Positions 61,717-64,000 of a stretch of 64,000 bases of DNA are shown piece after piece. Under the pieces are notes generated by a model. The model was not told the DNA's origin. It was given only the letters and a program-made list of their open reading frames with translations, and did not search any database. Source of the DNA: Sphagnum compactum (taxonomy: Eukaryota); the NCBI GenBank assembly GCA_965153455.1, contig OZ234493.1, positions 32,230,213-32,294,212 of the forward strand. The letters are read 5' to 3'. Position numbers and translations under genes: made by a program. Each line of letters begins with the position of its first letter. Within the stretch, counting starts at the first letter, position 1.

Positions 61717-63658
61717 ATGCAATTTGTTCAAGTCTCTCCAGGAGCTTTCACTTGTTTGAGAATGGATACCTGTTTCTCTAGCAGCATCAGCAGCTGCAGT
61801 ACGAGATTTATAATCTCAGCAGCGAAAGTTCACTCTTTGCATCTGCATGCAGCTAGACTGCCTCGGCGGCAGCAGCAGCTTCTCTGTCTGAATCCTAAAT
61901 TTGCAGTCACGAAATTAGGTCGAGCTTGTGGCCGAGTGGTTGCTGCTGCAACAGGAGGGAAGCAGAAGCAGCCAGTCGAGACAGCTAATGGCGGGATGAT
62001 CAGTCCCGGCGTAGCAAGTCCGGGCTTTGATGGTGCTAAGCCATCTGTTACGAAAAAAAGTCTAGCTAGTACCATCTTGCTTCCCAAGTCGAACGCGCAT
62101 GTGGACAGCGGCTTCAGCACATTGAATGGTTCAACTGCAGTTGATCATAGAATTCAGATTGATCCATTGGGTGTCTCGACAACAGCCGCCGCGGCCGCGT
62201 GGCTATGCGATGCTTTGGAGAAAGTGCTGGTGTGGATGTTTGTAGACACTGATCAGCAAGGAAAGAATTCACCGTCAAGTTCCCATTTTCATCTGACCGG
62301 CTACTACGCACCAGTGTCTGAGACAGACCCGACTTCCAATCTCGCCATCTCTGGATCAATTCCTGTGAGTCTATACAATCTACTACTATCTCTCACAATA
62401 ATATATTTGTAAAGTTCTTGTCTATTGATCAAATTAGCACAACCCAATCACTAATTCTTGCCAGAGAATTTCTTTCGAGAATCCTAAATTCGGTCTAGCC
62501 CAGGCCTAAACCCCAAACCCTTTTCTTTCCCGAGATACTCAGTGGATATCTGGTGGGTATGGTACGATGGAAAGAAAACAATGAAATCAACAGCACATGG
62601 GAATTTCAGAAAATGGAGTGCCCACACTTGCAGGGTGTTTCATCTTCTCATATGGTCGTCCCCTCAGCTTTTTATGCTATGCGAAGTGCTCTCTAAATGC
62701 ACTAGAGAAAAATCCAAGGAGGTGTCTTTGCTTGAGCAGATGGTGCAAAGCTCACGTGTTAGCGTGAGCTAGGTGAATGCACCTAAATATAATGAGCAAG
62801 GTGTGAGGCCATTCCATGACATAATGGGCAAGGGGCCAGTCCATTCCATGACATCAAGGTTTGGGGTGGCAGATTCAATGGTTTCTTAGAATGTCACTGT
62901 TGGTTCAAAAGACATTTTGGTCACTATTATGAGTGTATGGTCTACGGTCATCAATTTGGAAGATTATGTTGTATAATGTGGTTAAAACAAAAAGACATAA
63001 TCTGCCACCCCAGACCTGAAGGTATTATGGAGTGTGCTGAGTACAGGCCATTGCGCTTGTTGAGGTGTTGTCTGTGAGGAATTTAGGCGAGTTCTGAAGG
63101 TTGAGCCAAAATTCCTGAACTGACCAGTGAGCCAAATTTTCAATCTTCAATCTTGGGCCTGTATCCAGCACACTACATAACATAATGGTTTTCATGATTT
63201 GCGCAACAGACATGTGAATGGGCATGAGGATTTTGAACAATGGAATTAGGTCAGGTAGATCCAGAAAGACTTGTTCATTGTGCCTTTAGAAAACCATTAT
63301 TACTGTACTTCTGTCTTAAACAACAAATGTCAGCATATCTTGTAGAAATGTTATATTGGTCACAACAACCTGGAGTTTGGTGCTTGTTTCTCAAGGGTTC
63401 ATTTTCTCTTGTTGCACCAATTCTAGCCTAGTTGTATATATCAAAAGGAAATCAGCTTGATTGAGAGTTGTTGCAGTGCAACAACAAAATAGCTCTTGAT
63501 CAATCTTCAAGCAAACAGAGCAGACTTTGTGCGAATTTTTAAAAATCTGAGCGAGTCTCATCTTCTTCTCTTCCAATTTCTTGACAGGAATGTTTGAATG
63601 GGGAGTTTGTACATGTTACACCAAATCCAAAATTCAATCCAGTTGCTTATTACCATTG
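61717..63658 (+). CDS. Carotenoid cleavage dioxygenase CCD1-like, 5' part (exons 61717-62364 and 63588-63658; continues beyond the window)
   Basis: LCDALEKVLVWMF...HLTGYYAPVSETDPTSNLAISGSIP|ECLNGEFVHVTPNPKFNPVAYYHW parallels CCD1 (LSGNFAP...LPECLNGEFVRVGPNPKF...YHW). The GT-AG intron is in phase. Confidence 0.87.
62857..63017. mobile_element. Small intronic MITE
   Basis: TIR AGGT(T/C)TGGGGTGGCAGATT at both ends (18/19). Confidence 0.75.
63025..63180. other. Intronic fold-back (MITE or pre-miRNA-like hairpin)
   Basis: TTATGGAGTGTGCTGAGTACAGGCC pairs with GGCCTGTATCCAGCACACTACATAA; inner stem AGGAATTTAGGC/GCCAAAATTCCT. Confidence 0.6.
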
Positions 63659-64000
63659 GTAAAAATATGCCCACTTCCTTCACTTTTTCCTAGCTAAATT
63701 TCTTTCCTCTTTTAAAAAGGTCTTGGTATGATTTGCTAAATTGATTGCAAAAATGAATGACTTGTGGCTTATTTGTTTCTCAGCATCTAATGAATGGTAT
63801 AGCTTGTTGGTCCTTCCCTTCAACTTCGTGTTTGGTTTAAGTAGCTTATGTGATTGAAAGGTGAATGTGAAGTGCCTCAATCTAGTCTTTTATGGTATAG
63901 CTTGTTGTTCCTTCCTTACATAGAGCTATTTTAAATGCAAGAATGTGTGCATGCATGCATGTCTTTGACTTGATGATTATAGATCATCTTCATGGTCTTT

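Overview
This is eukaryotic land-plant nuclear DNA: spliced GT-AG genes separated by AT-rich, transposon-dense spacers. A bryophyte (Sphagnum-like) origin is my inference from the repeat content and gene style. Six protein-coding genes are supported. KRI1 (-) lies head-to-head with a bacterial-type (PcnB-like) poly(A) polymerase (+). These are followed by an F-box/kelch gene (+), chloroplast cyclophilin CYP26-2 (+), a MAKR/BKI1-family gene (-), and the first two exons of a CCD1-like carotenoid cleavage dioxygenase (+) with a long transit-peptide-like N-terminal extension. The rest is a layered transposon landscape: a full-length decayed Ty1/copia element, decayed CACTA, hAT and pogo/DDE_1 transposases, many MITEs and several tandem arrays. 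The copia element has both LTRs, a TSD, a PPT, a half-tRNA-iMet-type PBS and an internal ~420-bp inverted duplication. The most unusual signals are (i) three apparently unrelated TIR elements with GGGT...ACCC ends and 4-bp TSDs, two of them splitting the CACTA transposase, (ii) a near-perfect 10 x 76-bp array inside a Tourist-like MITE whose unit carries the MITE's own TIR core, (iii) the copia fold-back, and (iv) the extended, motif-divergent CCD1. I found no CRISPR array, rRNA gene or intact tRNA gene. All coordinates and alignments were read by eye; no searches were run.
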